Of a stretch of 64,000 bases of DNA, positions 8,462 to 17,364 are shown piece by piece (position 1 is the first letter of the stretch; every line of letters begins with the position of its first letter). The stretch lies in NCBI GenBank assembly GCA_964369235.1, contig CAYJEQ010000005.1, forward strand, positions 2,464 through 66,463. Reading direction: 5' to 3'. Source of the stretch: an uncultured Oscillospiraceae bacterium. Lineage in GTDB: Bacteria > Bacillota > Clostridia > Oscillospirales > Ruminococcaceae. The notes beneath the pieces are model-generated. The model had not been told where the DNA came from. It did no database searches and worked only from the letters and a program-made list of their open reading frames with translations. The translations under genes and the position numbers were made by a program.

Positions 8462-10278
8462 TAACCCCTTTCTGCAGCAGATAGTACAAGTCCTGTAGCT
8501 ACGGCATTTCTCGGCCCTTCGGTTCCTCTGATATTACCTCTACCTGCCACAACTTTATATTGTGATAGGGCGTCAGTTACCATCTGTGGCACCTCAAAGT
8601 CTAAAGCAGAGCCTCCCACTAACACAACAAACTGTATATCCCTTACACTGCCTGTAGGGCTTACTCTTGTAAGTGCTCGAATGGCATTAGTTACAAAAAC
8701 CTTCTCCTTAGCCTGACGGCGAATCAGTCGTAGTTTCTCCATTGACCAGTCCCCTTCTAGTGGGATAAATCCACCGTCTTTTAGCACCACTACCTTAGCA
8801 AAGATATCTGGGCTTAGGGCTTTGTCAAAGAATTCTACTGTACCGTTTTCATGTCTGATGTGGAATAGACTCTCCACCCTTGCTAAAGGATATTTTTTAA
8901 CATCCTCTGCTAGAGCAAATTCATCAATACCCATCTCTGACTGAATTAGAAGTGTAACCATATTACCAGCACCTGCAAGGTGTATGGATTTTACATCCCC
9001 TGCACTATTTATAATAGAGGCATCGGTAGAACCTGCTCCCATATCAAGTATAGCCAGTGGTTTTTGTGTCCCTGGTGTGGTAAGTGCACCTAGTATTGCC
9101 ATGTCGGCTTCTACGCCTCCTACAGATACTGGCACCCCTACTCTTTCTGAGAAAGTATTGGCAATAGACTGCATCTGCAGTTTATCTGCCTTTACCATAG
9201 CTGCAATTCCAACTGCATTTTCCTGAGAGAACTCGTTGGCAATTCCTCCTCGCACCTTTTGTGGTGTAAAGGTATCTACTGCTAACAGATCCTGTATCTT
9301 AATTTCATTAGGATGTTTTGAGGTTAGGTTTGCCATTACCTGACGCACCTTCTCTAGCATTCCCCCAGCATTGGTGCCAGGTTCGCCTTTAACATCTTCT
9401 ATATCACCTATAGTTTCTACTGCTGTCATTATCTTCTGGGCGCCACCTTCTACATCAACTACCAGTTTCCTAGTTAGCCCCTGTATCTCCATGGTACCTG
9501 CTGGAATTTTTCTTTCCTTAACATCTCCTGAAGGAGTCTTGATAACTACTGCAGAGCGATTGCCTATAAGTGCTCGTGAAATAGGTACAACATGCTTAGT
9601 TTCTTCGGAATTTAGTTTAAATAGTGTTGCTATACCATAAGGGTTAGATAGTGTTTCCACCACCCCACCTACTGCAGCAACCTCTACTGCTGAAAGCATC
9701 CCCAGTGGAACTTTATCAATGAGTTTTACCTCGTCCACTATTGGCACCTTCACCTTAAGGCGATTGTGTATTAGTACACCATCGTCCTTTTGTACTATTG
9801 CAGCTGTAATCTGTCTACCTTGGTCAATACTTTGATTTATTAATGATGCTGCAACCTCAAAGTCAACATCGCCAGGTATTACCACTATATAATCCTTATC
9901 CTTTGGGGAGGAAAGCACCTCTGTTACCAGTATGGTTTCCCCTACCCCAACTCCTAATCCACCTGGGGTGGTAGGATTGTGTCCTATCATTGTAGATTCG
10001 GTGATAATGGTTTCTGTGATTGTTTCCATGGCAACATCGCCAATAACAGGTGCTGCTTCATTTAGCCTAATTTCGCTAACCTGACTTTCATCAAGGCCAG
10101 CTGCTGTTAGAGCTTTTTTTAATGAATGGAAGATACCGTTAATATTCTCCGGTGTACCCTTAATACCAGTGGTCATTACTGTACCACTAGATAGAAATAC
10201 TGCCTTGCCATTTTCTACACGGGCTAGGGCTGTTTCGGTAGTAGCATTACCGATATCTATTCCTGCAACAATTCTCAT
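8461..10278 (-). CDS. pduG: Diol dehydratase reactivase large subunit
   Basis: 605 aa. It has an actin/Hsp70-like ATPase N-terminus (IAGIDIGNATTE) and follows pduCDE. Confidence 0.9.
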   Translation of the reverse strand: MRIVAGIDIGNATTETALARVENGKAVFLSSGTVMTTGIKGTPENINGIFHSLKKALTAAGLDESQVSEIRLNEAAPVIGDVAMETITETIITESTMIGHNPTTPGGLGVGVGETILVTEVLSSPKDKDYIVVIPGDVDFEVAASLINQSIDQGRQITAAIVQKDDGVLIHNRLKVKVPIVDEVKLIDKVPLGMLSAVEVAAVGGVVETLSNPYGIATLFKLNSEETKHVVPISRALIGNRSAVVIKTPSGDVKERKIPAGTMEIQGLTRKLVVDVEGGAQKIMTAVETIGDIEDVKGEPGTNAGGMLEKVRQVMANLTSKHPNEIKIQDLLAVDTFTPQKVRGGIANEFSQENAVGIAAMVKADKLQMQSIANTFSERVGVPVSVGGVEADMAILGALTTPGTQKPLAILDMGAGSTDASIINSAGDVKSIHLAGAGNMVTLLIQSEMGIDEFALAEDVKKYPLARVESLFHIRHENGTVEFFDKALSPDIFAKVVVLKDGGFIPLEGDWSMEKLRLIRRQAKEKVFVTNAIRALTRVSPTGSVRDIQFVVLVGGSALDFEVPQMVTDALSQYKVVAGRGNIRGTEGPRNAVATGLVLSAAERG

Positions 10279-10324
10279 ATATGACCGTCCTTATTGCTTT
10301 GTAGTTATAACTACAAAACCCTAA

Positions 10325-10831
10325 TTAGAATTTCTTTAGTCTACCACGCTTGTCGTAAACTTCAGCAGCTTCACTTACTAGCTCAGCAGCTGTTACAGCA
10401 CCATATTTGTTCTTTAGCTCGGAAGCAATGTCTAGTAGCTCCTGCTTTGTAGAACGGTATGGACGAAGTGCGTTGTAAATCTCTAGTAGACGAGCATCTG
10501 GAACAGAGATAAGCTCTGCAGCTCTTCTTAGATTACCAGCAAATGCATGACGGTTAACAGATTCTGCAACCTGAGCCTGTAGCTCAAGAGTTTCAGGAGA
10601 AATTCTCATATCTTCTGCTGTTAACTCCCCAGCAATTAGCTTGTCAAAGCTTAGAGAAGTTAGAGCCTTACCTGTTGGTGTTTTGATGCACTCAGGCATT
10701 TTTTCAGATAGAGGATAGTTAGCAGCGCTTATTTTACCACCAGTTGATGTTGGTGCAGTTGGAGCTGTTGCCCCACCCATTTGTGCCATTACTTGCTCTA
10801 CGATTTGTTTCATCAGTTGTTCCTGGTTCAT
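10325..10831 (-). CDS. pduE: B12-dependent diol dehydratase small (gamma) subunit
   Basis: 168 aa, positioned after pduD. The N-terminal amphipathic extension is MNQEQLMKQIVEQVMAQMGG. Confidence 0.85.
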   Translation of the reverse strand: MNQEQLMKQIVEQVMAQMGGATAPTAPTSTGGKISAANYPLSEKMPECIKTPTGKALTSLSFDKLIAGELTAEDMRISPETLELQAQVAESVNRHAFAGNLRRAAELISVPDARLLEIYNALRPYRSTKQELLDIASELKNKYGAVTAAELVSEAAEVYDKRGRLKKF

Positions 10832-10845
10832 ATGTAAGTCCTCCT

Positions 10846-11493
10846 CTATTTAAATGAAACTGTTACAGCCTGTGGACGCTTGTTACCGTCAACATGCTCT
10901 GTTTCTTTAATATGTAGTAGTGCTGCAACAGCCTGATATTTAGGACGAGCCAGCTGGTCGTTTCTAACTGGTACAGGTGTTGGTGCTTCACCCTTAGCGT
11001 ATTTAGCTGCATTCTTACCCATCTGTCTAAATGTATCCAGATCAATAAGTGGAGCCTGAGAAAATAGCTCAAGGTTACTTAGCGGTGGTAGATCCTTCTG
11101 ATGGATAACTGATGTACCCTTAGACTGAATACCAATACCGATGCCAGAACCAGAGTATTTAGCAGCTTCATGAGCTACGAAAGATGCATCAGATGTCTGA
11201 TAAACCTTAATAATACGATATTTTAGGCCTTCTTCTTCGATACCAGCGATGATTTCTCTAAGAACTTTATCATGTGGCTGATGAATGATTGTTTCTGTCT
11301 GATATACACCAAAAGCTGGTGCTAGACCGATTACAACTTCGTCAGCAGCTGTGCCCTTAGGAGCGTCGCCTTGTTCGGTAAGAGTTAGTTTGCCAGCCTG
11401 TAGAGAACTAGCAGCAGGAGCAGAGCTTGTAGTGCCCATTTCCTTCATTACTTCTTCGATAATACTTCTTAATGTATTTGCATCTATATTCAT
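10846..11493 (-). CDS. pduD: B12-dependent diol dehydratase medium (beta) subunit
   Basis: The ORF track starts it at 11571, inside pduC. ATG at 11493 ([20 protein letters not shown]) has a GGGGTGAGGAAG RBS and lies 19 nt after the pduC stop, so I use 11493. Confidence 0.85.
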   Translation of the reverse strand: MNIDANTLRSIIEEVMKEMGTTSSAPAASSLQAGKLTLTEQGDAPKGTAADEVVIGLAPAFGVYQTETIIHQPHDKVLREIIAGIEEEGLKYRIIKVYQTSDASFVAHEAAKYSGSGIGIGIQSKGTSVIHQKDLPPLSNLELFSQAPLIDLDTFRQMGKNAAKYAKGEAPTPVPVRNDQLARPKYQAVAALLHIKETEHVDGNKRPQAVTVSFK

Positions 11494-11512
11494 AATCTTC
11501 CTCACCCCTTCA

Positions 11513-13174
11513 TTAAATATCTTCAGGACGGATAGCACCTGAAATGTTGCTAATTTCTTCCCAACGAGCATCGCTCATCTGGTAACCTGTCATTGGACCC
11601 TTATATGTGTTAGGTGCATTAACAGCAGAAATTACATGGAAGCCTTCACCAAAGATGGAAGCTGTATGTAGGTAGTCCCCAGCAACTTTCTGTCTTAGCA
11701 TATTGTATACGCTATCAGCAATATCAGGGTAACCAGCAGCATTTAGACCCTTAACAAAGTCAACACCTGTTACATTTCTTGCCATCATGTCTTCGATTGC
11801 CTGTAGGTCTTCGTTAACATTACGAGGAGGCATATCGTTAGAACCATGAGCATATGTAGCAGCTTCTACTTCTTCGTCAGTAATAGCTGGTAGGCCTAGG
11901 TATTTAAATAGTCCCTGTAGAGCCTTAGCAGCTTTATTTCTAACTCTGATTACATCGTCCTCTGTTACCGGTCTTAGACCACCGTCAATCTTCATATCTC
12001 TCTGAATGATATTCCAGTCATCGTAGTCCTCAGCATCCCAGTTGGAACCAGCGAACATATTGTCATAGTTAGGTGTTGCAGAGTAACCAGAACAAATGTA
12101 GTCAGTACCAGCAAATAGCTGTGGAACACTACGAGCAACTCTTCTTAAATCAGAGTGTGTAAAGGTCTGGTCATTAGATGTTGTGGACTCTAGGTCAAAT
12201 AGCATACCGATTAGATTCTCAGCAGCTACAGCTCTGATACCACCAGGAACACCAGCAGGTACACCGATACAGGAAACAGAACCATTCTGTGTACCCTGTA
12301 CACCAGCACCCTTAGTAACAGCTAGACAACGAGCTTCTAGGTAAAGCATACTCTTACCTTCAGCGTAACCCATCTGTACTTCTGAACCAGTACCGGAAGT
12401 AAATCTCATTTTTAGACCACGGCTAGCATAGCAGGAAGCTAGGAAAGCCTTGGAGTATGGTGTATCATCACCATCCATAAATACAGGCTCTGAACCGTAT
12501 ACTGAGATTGTTTCAGCATATGTTGTAAAGCCCTTCATGCCTAGCTGAAGTTCAGTTGCTTCTTCTAGTGCACACTGTGTCATAACACCAGGTCTACCAA
12601 CCTGAGCACCGATCATTAGTGACATAGCATTAAATGGTGCGTATCTAGCGATACCAACTGTTGTTTCCATTTCGGAGAAACCACGGATACCAGCTTCAGC
12701 TGCATCTGCTGCAATCTGTACAGGATTATCTCGTACATTTGTAACATGGCACTGGTTAGAAGGCATTAGACGAGCACGCATTTTTGACATACCCATCATA
12801 ATTTCTACGATGTTTAGGCAACCAACAACTTCGGTAATTTTAGCCGGTGTTAGAGATAGTGTAATTGCTAGTACTTCGTCACGGGATACATTAATATCAA
12901 CGATTTTTCTAGCGATTTCATTTGAATCCATTGCCATAGCTTTTGCAGCATTGTCAAGACGGATTGCTCTATCAGCGATAAATGTATCAAGCATATCGAA
13001 TTCATCACGGGTTTTACCATCTAGTTCAGTAATTTTGCCGTTTTCGATTTTAATGCTCGGTTTAGGATCAAATGGGCTATTCATGGCAATTAGACCAACC
13101 TCTGCCCACTCTTTAACAAATCCATCCTGATTAACAGGTCTATTTTTTAGAACTTCAAAACGCTTTGATTTCAT
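11513..13174 (-). CDS. pduC: B12-dependent diol/glycerol dehydratase large (alpha) subunit
   Basis: 553 aa starting [23 protein letters not shown]. This N-terminus and the length are characteristic of PduC/DhaB1. Confidence 0.93.
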   Translation of the reverse strand: MKSKRFEVLKNRPVNQDGFVKEWAEVGLIAMNSPFDPKPSIKIENGKITELDGKTRDEFDMLDTFIADRAIRLDNAAKAMAMDSNEIARKIVDINVSRDEVLAITLSLTPAKITEVVGCLNIVEIMMGMSKMRARLMPSNQCHVTNVRDNPVQIAADAAEAGIRGFSEMETTVGIARYAPFNAMSLMIGAQVGRPGVMTQCALEEATELQLGMKGFTTYAETISVYGSEPVFMDGDDTPYSKAFLASCYASRGLKMRFTSGTGSEVQMGYAEGKSMLYLEARCLAVTKGAGVQGTQNGSVSCIGVPAGVPGGIRAVAAENLIGMLFDLESTTSNDQTFTHSDLRRVARSVPQLFAGTDYICSGYSATPNYDNMFAGSNWDAEDYDDWNIIQRDMKIDGGLRPVTEDDVIRVRNKAAKALQGLFKYLGLPAITDEEVEAATYAHGSNDMPPRNVNEDLQAIEDMMARNVTGVDFVKGLNAAGYPDIADSVYNMLRQKVAGDYLHTASIFGEGFHVISAVNAPNTYKGPMTGYQMSDARWEEISNISGAIRPEDI

Positions 13175-13207
13175 AATTTAGTACGGCTCCTTCCCAAAAA
13201 TTTATTA

Positions 13208-14005
13208 TTATAGGATATATGGCTGTGTGGAAGAATTAAGTGCTTCTTCTGGAGCCATTGCGTGTAATGCCATTTTACCTACATCTCTAGCAGCGATAAT
13301 AGCCTGTTTAACAGCACCGGAATCACCAGAGAATGTTATAATAACCTCATTGGAGTAGCTTGTTCCACCATTACCTGGGGAGCTGTAGCCTACTACATCA
13401 ACTGTTGCAGCCTTAACAGCTGTATCAGCAAGTAGTACACCGATAGCAGCAGGAGCACCTACAGTAATACCAAAGGATTTACCAATTGGAGCACCGAATG
13501 CTTTGTTTAGAGCGTAGCTTGCTCTAGCTGTGTACTGGAACTCAAGGTGACCAGCGGAGTTTCCGTATACATCACCAAATGTTCTGTCTAGCTCTCTTAG
13601 GCAAACTTCAACAGCTCTTCTTGCATCGGATACATCCTCAGCACCAAAGATGATTAAGCTACCATGACCAGCGCCACCCTGTGTATCACGAGGTAGTTCG
13701 ATTTTAACGATTTCGCAGTTTGTAGCTTTAATAGCTTCGTCAGCTGCAAAGATATGTGGGCCAGCACCTGTTCTAGCGCCGATGATACCGATGGAACGGT
13801 ATTTAGGATCGATTTCCATTTTTTCGTGGATCTGATTGTCTACATTAGCGATAACTAGACCGATTGTAGAACCAATAGCAGTACCTACGAATTCAGTAAG
13901 ACTTGTTGCAGGAGCGATATTTGCAGATTTTGTTGTTTCTGGAGCAGCAGTTCCTAGTTTCTTTAGAACTTCGTCCATAACCTTGTTTAGCATTTCTTCT
14001 TTCAT
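13208..14005 (-). CDS. pduB: Tandem-BMC-domain trimeric shell protein PduB
   Basis: 265 aa with two permuted BMC domains. The N-terminal helix is EEMLNKVMDEVLKKL, and it lies between pduA and pduC. Confidence 0.85.
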   Translation of the reverse strand: MKEEMLNKVMDEVLKKLGTAAPETTKSANIAPATSLTEFVGTAIGSTIGLVIANVDNQIHEKMEIDPKYRSIGIIGARTGAGPHIFAADEAIKATNCEIVKIELPRDTQGGAGHGSLIIFGAEDVSDARRAVEVCLRELDRTFGDVYGNSAGHLEFQYTARASYALNKAFGAPIGKSFGITVGAPAAIGVLLADTAVKAATVDVVGYSSPGNGGTSYSNEVIITFSGDSGAVKQAIIAARDVGKMALHAMAPEEALNSSTQPYIL

Positions 14006-14043
14006 TTGAGTTTACCTCCGTGTTTAATTTAATTAAATTTTAC

Positions 14044-14322
14044 TTATAGTGTTTTAGGTAATATTTTTTCCACATCTGTATGTGGTCTTGGGATTACATG
14101 TGTAGATACTACACAACCCACCTTAGCTGCTGCTACTGCTCCTGCTTCTGTAGATGCTTTTACAGCACCAACATCACCACGAACCATTACAGTCACTAGA
14201 CCTGAACCTATTTTCTCGTAGCCTACCAATGTTACATTGGCAGATTTAACCATTGCATCAGCAGCCTCAATAGCGCCAACTAAACCTTTGGTTTCAACCA
14301 TTCCTAATGCTTCTCTCTGCAT
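14044..14322 (-). CDS. pduA: BMC-H hexameric shell protein PduA; first gene of the operon
   Basis: 92 aa ([24 protein letters not shown]...[15 protein letters not shown]) with an AAAGGAGG RBS. By eye it is a close paralogue of the 7291-7566 product. Confidence 0.9.
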   Translation of the reverse strand: MQREALGMVETKGLVGAIEAADAMVKSANVTLVGYEKIGSGLVTVMVRGDVGAVKASTEAGAVAAAKVGCVVSTHVIPRPHTDVEKILPKTL

Positions 14323-14599
14323 AATTAACCTCCTTTCGCCCTTTTATAGCCAAGTCATATACCAATTAAATATATGGCCTGTTTCCATTATATAACATTT
14401 TAGTGCAACTTTCTTGCTCAGTGTAGAGATTTTTTTTACATCAATTTGAATATTTTTCACTGAAATGTTCACAGAAAAACTATTGACAATAACCAAGTGG
14501 TTTTTTTTTACATATAGGTGTATTTAGTCGATGCTCTAACAATTTTCCATTGTAAATATTATGAAATTTACCTATATATTTAATACAATGTAAAAAAGT

Positions 14600-14690
14600 T
14601 GTATAGCAAATCTTAGGGGACAGTCCCTCTCCATCAGCGAGGGACTGTCCCCTAAGATAATTTCACCCTAACAATTAATATAGTGCCTAC
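14600..14690 (+). repeat. Copy A of the dispersed palindromic intergenic element
   Basis: Sequence: tatagcaaatCTTAGGGGACAGTCCCTC-tccatcagc-GAGGGACTGTCCCCTAAGataatttcaccctaacaattaatatagtgcc. It has an 18-bp perfect stem and shares flanks with five other copies. Confidence 0.85.
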
Positions 14691-14732
14691 AAAAAAGAGA
14701 ACAAAAATTATGTAAAATAATTTTTGTTCTCT
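14690..14732 (-). terminator. Intrinsic terminator after gldA
   Basis: A 15-bp stem (agagaacaaaaatta / taatttttgttctct) is followed on the minus strand by TTTTTTG. It lies 39 nt after the gldA stop. Confidence 0.7.
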
Positions 14733-14770
14733 TTATATTGTAAATCTTTACTATTAAATATTATAAAAAA

Positions 14771-15859
14771 TCATAATGTACTACCCAGTGCATCTGCTGA
14801 AATTATCGCTGCATATACATCATCAGCCGTGACAGGGAATGGCATATTATGGATTGTTTCACCTTCTACTGCTGCCAGTTTAGCTACTTCCATAATTTCT
14901 TCTGGTTTAACAGTGTCAATGCCCATTTCCTTTAGAGTTGTAGGTAGGCCTACTGCTCTACAGAAGAAAACTAGCTCCTCTATTTCTTCTAGTGGTGCAT
15001 TTTCTAGCACTAGCTGTACTAGAGTACCAAAAGCAACCTTCTCACCATGATATAGGTGGTGACACTCTTTAATTACTGTAAATCCATTGTGGATTGCATG
15101 GGCTGCTGCTAGTCCACCACTTTCAAAACCCAGTCCTGATAGTAGTGTATTTGCTTCAATAATATTTTCTACTGCTTTGGTGCAAACTTTTTTCTCAGCT
15201 GCTAACTTAGCCTTTACACCTTCGTTAATTAGTGTATTGTAGCACAGTTCAGACAGTGCCATTGCTGCAAGTGTGTTGGTGCCACCTGCACAGGTAGATG
15301 AATTAGATGCTGCTGTAGCTCTAGCCTCAAAATATGTTGCCAGTGCATCACCCATACCTGCTACAAGCAGTCTTACAGGTGCATTTACTATAATAGTGCT
15401 ATCTACAAGCACTAGATTTGGATTTGCTGGTAGGAATAGGTATCTTTCAAAAACACCTTCATCTGTATATATTACTGATAAAGCAGAACAAGGTGCGTCT
15501 GTAGATGCAATTGTCGGCACTATAACCACTGGGCATTTGCCGTAATGAGCCACTGCCTTAGCTGTATCGTGGATTTTACCACCACCAATACCTACTACTA
15601 CATTACAATCGTTGTTTTTTGCTATGTCTAGTACACGATTGATTTCATTTTCAGAGCATTCACCATTAAATGCTTCATAAACTACTGTACAACCAGCACC
15701 ACTAAAGCTAGTATTTAGCACATCTCCAGTTCTCTTAAGCCCACTCTCACTAATTAGCACTAGGACTTTATCCCCTAGATTTTTTGTATATGTGCCTATT
15801 TCTGATATTACTCCTGCACCCTGTACATATTTATTAGGTGATATTATAACTTTAGCCAT
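14771..15859 (-). CDS. gldA: Glycerol dehydrogenase (family III metal-dependent polyol dehydrogenase)
   Basis: 362 aa. The N-terminus SPNKYVQGAGVI, the GIGGGKIHDTAKAVA motif and the His-rich metal site (AAAHAIHNGFT...HGEKVAFG) are typical of GldA. Confidence 0.85.
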   Translation of the reverse strand: MAKVIISPNKYVQGAGVISEIGTYTKNLGDKVLVLISESGLKRTGDVLNTSFSGAGCTVVYEAFNGECSENEINRVLDIAKNNDCNVVVGIGGGKIHDTAKAVAHYGKCPVVIVPTIASTDAPCSALSVIYTDEGVFERYLFLPANPNLVLVDSTIIVNAPVRLLVAGMGDALATYFEARATAASNSSTCAGGTNTLAAMALSELCYNTLINEGVKAKLAAEKKVCTKAVENIIEANTLLSGLGFESGGLAAAHAIHNGFTVIKECHHLYHGEKVAFGTLVQLVLENAPLEEIEELVFFCRAVGLPTTLKEMGIDTVKPEEIMEVAKLAAVEGETIHNMPFPVTADDVYAAIISADALGSTL

Positions 15860-16019
15860 GGCATTACGCCCTCCTTAATTTTGATTAATATTATTTTAAC
15901 AATCTTTTCCATTAATGTACAGGTAATTTTTTGAGGTTCTATTGCCAAATAATTACCTGTATTATCCTTATTATATAATTTCTAAATATCAAAAAAATCC
16001 CACTATAGTAAATATACCT

Positions 16020-17165
16020 TTAAGACTTTGCTGTAATGTTTTCTTTAGATTTTTTATCCGTTAGTAGATATCCTGCACATAGGGCTGTAAGAGGTGCTAC
16101 ACTTACAAGGCCTATACTACCCACTATAGTATCCAGTATCTCAGCTGAAACATATTTGTAGTTTAAGATATTATCAATAGGTGTCCCCTGTGCCATAAAT
16201 ACCATAAGCAATGACATATATCCACCAGAGTATGCCAGCAGCAGTGTTGTAGTCATAGTTCCCATAGCAGCTCTACCTACATTCATGCCACTTTTTACAG
16301 CTTCTATAGCTGTAATATCTGGTTTTTTCTCTACTACTTCATTTATTGAGGAGGTTATATCTACAGCTAAATCCATAACTGCCCCAGAAGACCCAATAAA
16401 TATACTTGCTACAAAAATCTGTGTTAGGTCAAGATTAGGAAAACCACTGTACAGTAGACTTTCTGAGTTTGCCATAACAGCGCCGTTAATAATAAATAAA
16501 TCAGTAAATATCATACCCATTATTAAGGTAACCACACTGCCAGCAATAGAGCCTATAGTAGCAGACACCATCATTCTATCAAAGCCAAAGACCAAGGAGA
16601 TTATCACAATAGTAAGTACCACAGTAATTAAAAAACTAATATATATGGGATTAAATCCATCTAGGTAGCTAGGAATAAGCACCTTCCATATCATTAGTAT
16701 GGTTATAGCAAAGCTAAGTATTGCTCTTACTCCAGTAGCCCCTGCTACCACTATTAGAAACACAGCAAATATCCCTACTAGAATTATCTCCATATCTATA
16801 CGGTAATGATCTATCATAGATATAGTGCCTATCTGACCATCTACAGTGGAGATTAACACCAATGCTTCATCACCTATCTGAAATATCTTATCATTTTCTA
16901 GGGAGCCTGTTAGCATATTATAACCTTCTCCAGCTTGTCCTTTAAAAGTACCATCTTTAATTTTAAGGCTACAGGTTTGATCCCCAGAGTTTACCACCCC
17001 TACTGTTAGCACATTGGTATTATCCACTGCAACCACCTCTGCCACAGCACGCTCTCTATCCTGATAGATAACTGCATCTTCGTATCCTGTAGGCAGTAGC
17101 AGTAACACAGCTAGTATTATAAAGCTAAGTATTACTGCCATATTATTTCTGAGAATTTTTTTCAT
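16020..17165 (-). CDS. YibE/F-like polytopic membrane protein
   Basis: 381 aa with an N-terminal TM segment, a roughly 100-aa soluble segment, and then about 7 TM helices. The architecture recalls the YibE/F family, but the family assignment is from memory. Confidence 0.5.
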   Translation of the reverse strand: MKKILRNNMAVILSFIILAVLLLLPTGYEDAVIYQDRERAVAEVVAVDNTNVLTVGVVNSGDQTCSLKIKDGTFKGQAGEGYNMLTGSLENDKIFQIGDEALVLISTVDGQIGTISMIDHYRIDMEIILVGIFAVFLIVVAGATGVRAILSFAITILMIWKVLIPSYLDGFNPIYISFLITVVLTIVIISLVFGFDRMMVSATIGSIAGSVVTLIMGMIFTDLFIINGAVMANSESLLYSGFPNLDLTQIFVASIFIGSSGAVMDLAVDITSSINEVVEKKPDITAIEAVKSGMNVGRAAMGTMTTTLLLAYSGGYMSLLMVFMAQGTPIDNILNYKYVSAEILDTIVGSIGLVSVAPLTALCAGYLLTDKKSKENITAKS

Positions 17166-17310
17166 TGTTGTGATTATACCTTTCTTTAGCTTGAAAATTT
17201 ATTTTCAAACTAGTGACCATGATTTAAGATATTTTGTAGGCTTATAAGCTACCTAGATTTTTAGTCAGCTAAAGTTTTAGTCAGCTAAAAGTATAGCTGT
17301 AACTACACCA

Positions 17311-17343
17311 CAAAATCTGACTGCTACTAAGCAGCCAGATTTC
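17311..17343 (-). terminator. Intrinsic terminator after the alkaline phosphatase gene
   Basis: Minus strand reads aaatctggctgct-tagt-agcagtcagattTTTTG. It lies about 20 nt after the stop at 17365. Confidence 0.6.
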
Positions 17344-17364
17344 ATGATTATAATAAGATGGGAT

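Noticed and set aside
11494-11571. The upstream extension of pduD that overlaps pduC, and the 69-aa alternative-frame ORF at 10863-11072.
   Set aside because: A strong RBS and an encapsulation-peptide-like N-terminus occur at the ATG at 11493. The extension would overlap the pduC 3' end by 59 nt. The 69-aa ORF lies inside pduD in another frame and has no RBS.
14323-14600. I looked for an adenosylcobalamin riboswitch, or another structured leader, upstream of pduA.
   Set aside because: The region is uniformly AT-rich with T/A runs. No B12-box-like GC-rich core and no long-range pairing are visible. Only a possible extended -10 (TGtTATATAAT around 14385-14396) was seen, which is too weak to call.
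15905-15965. The hairpin acaggtaatt...aattacctgt between yibE/F and gldA, considered as a terminator.
   Set aside because: It has a 10-bp AT-rich stem with a 22-nt loop and no U-run on the minus strand. That is not convincing as an intrinsic terminator.
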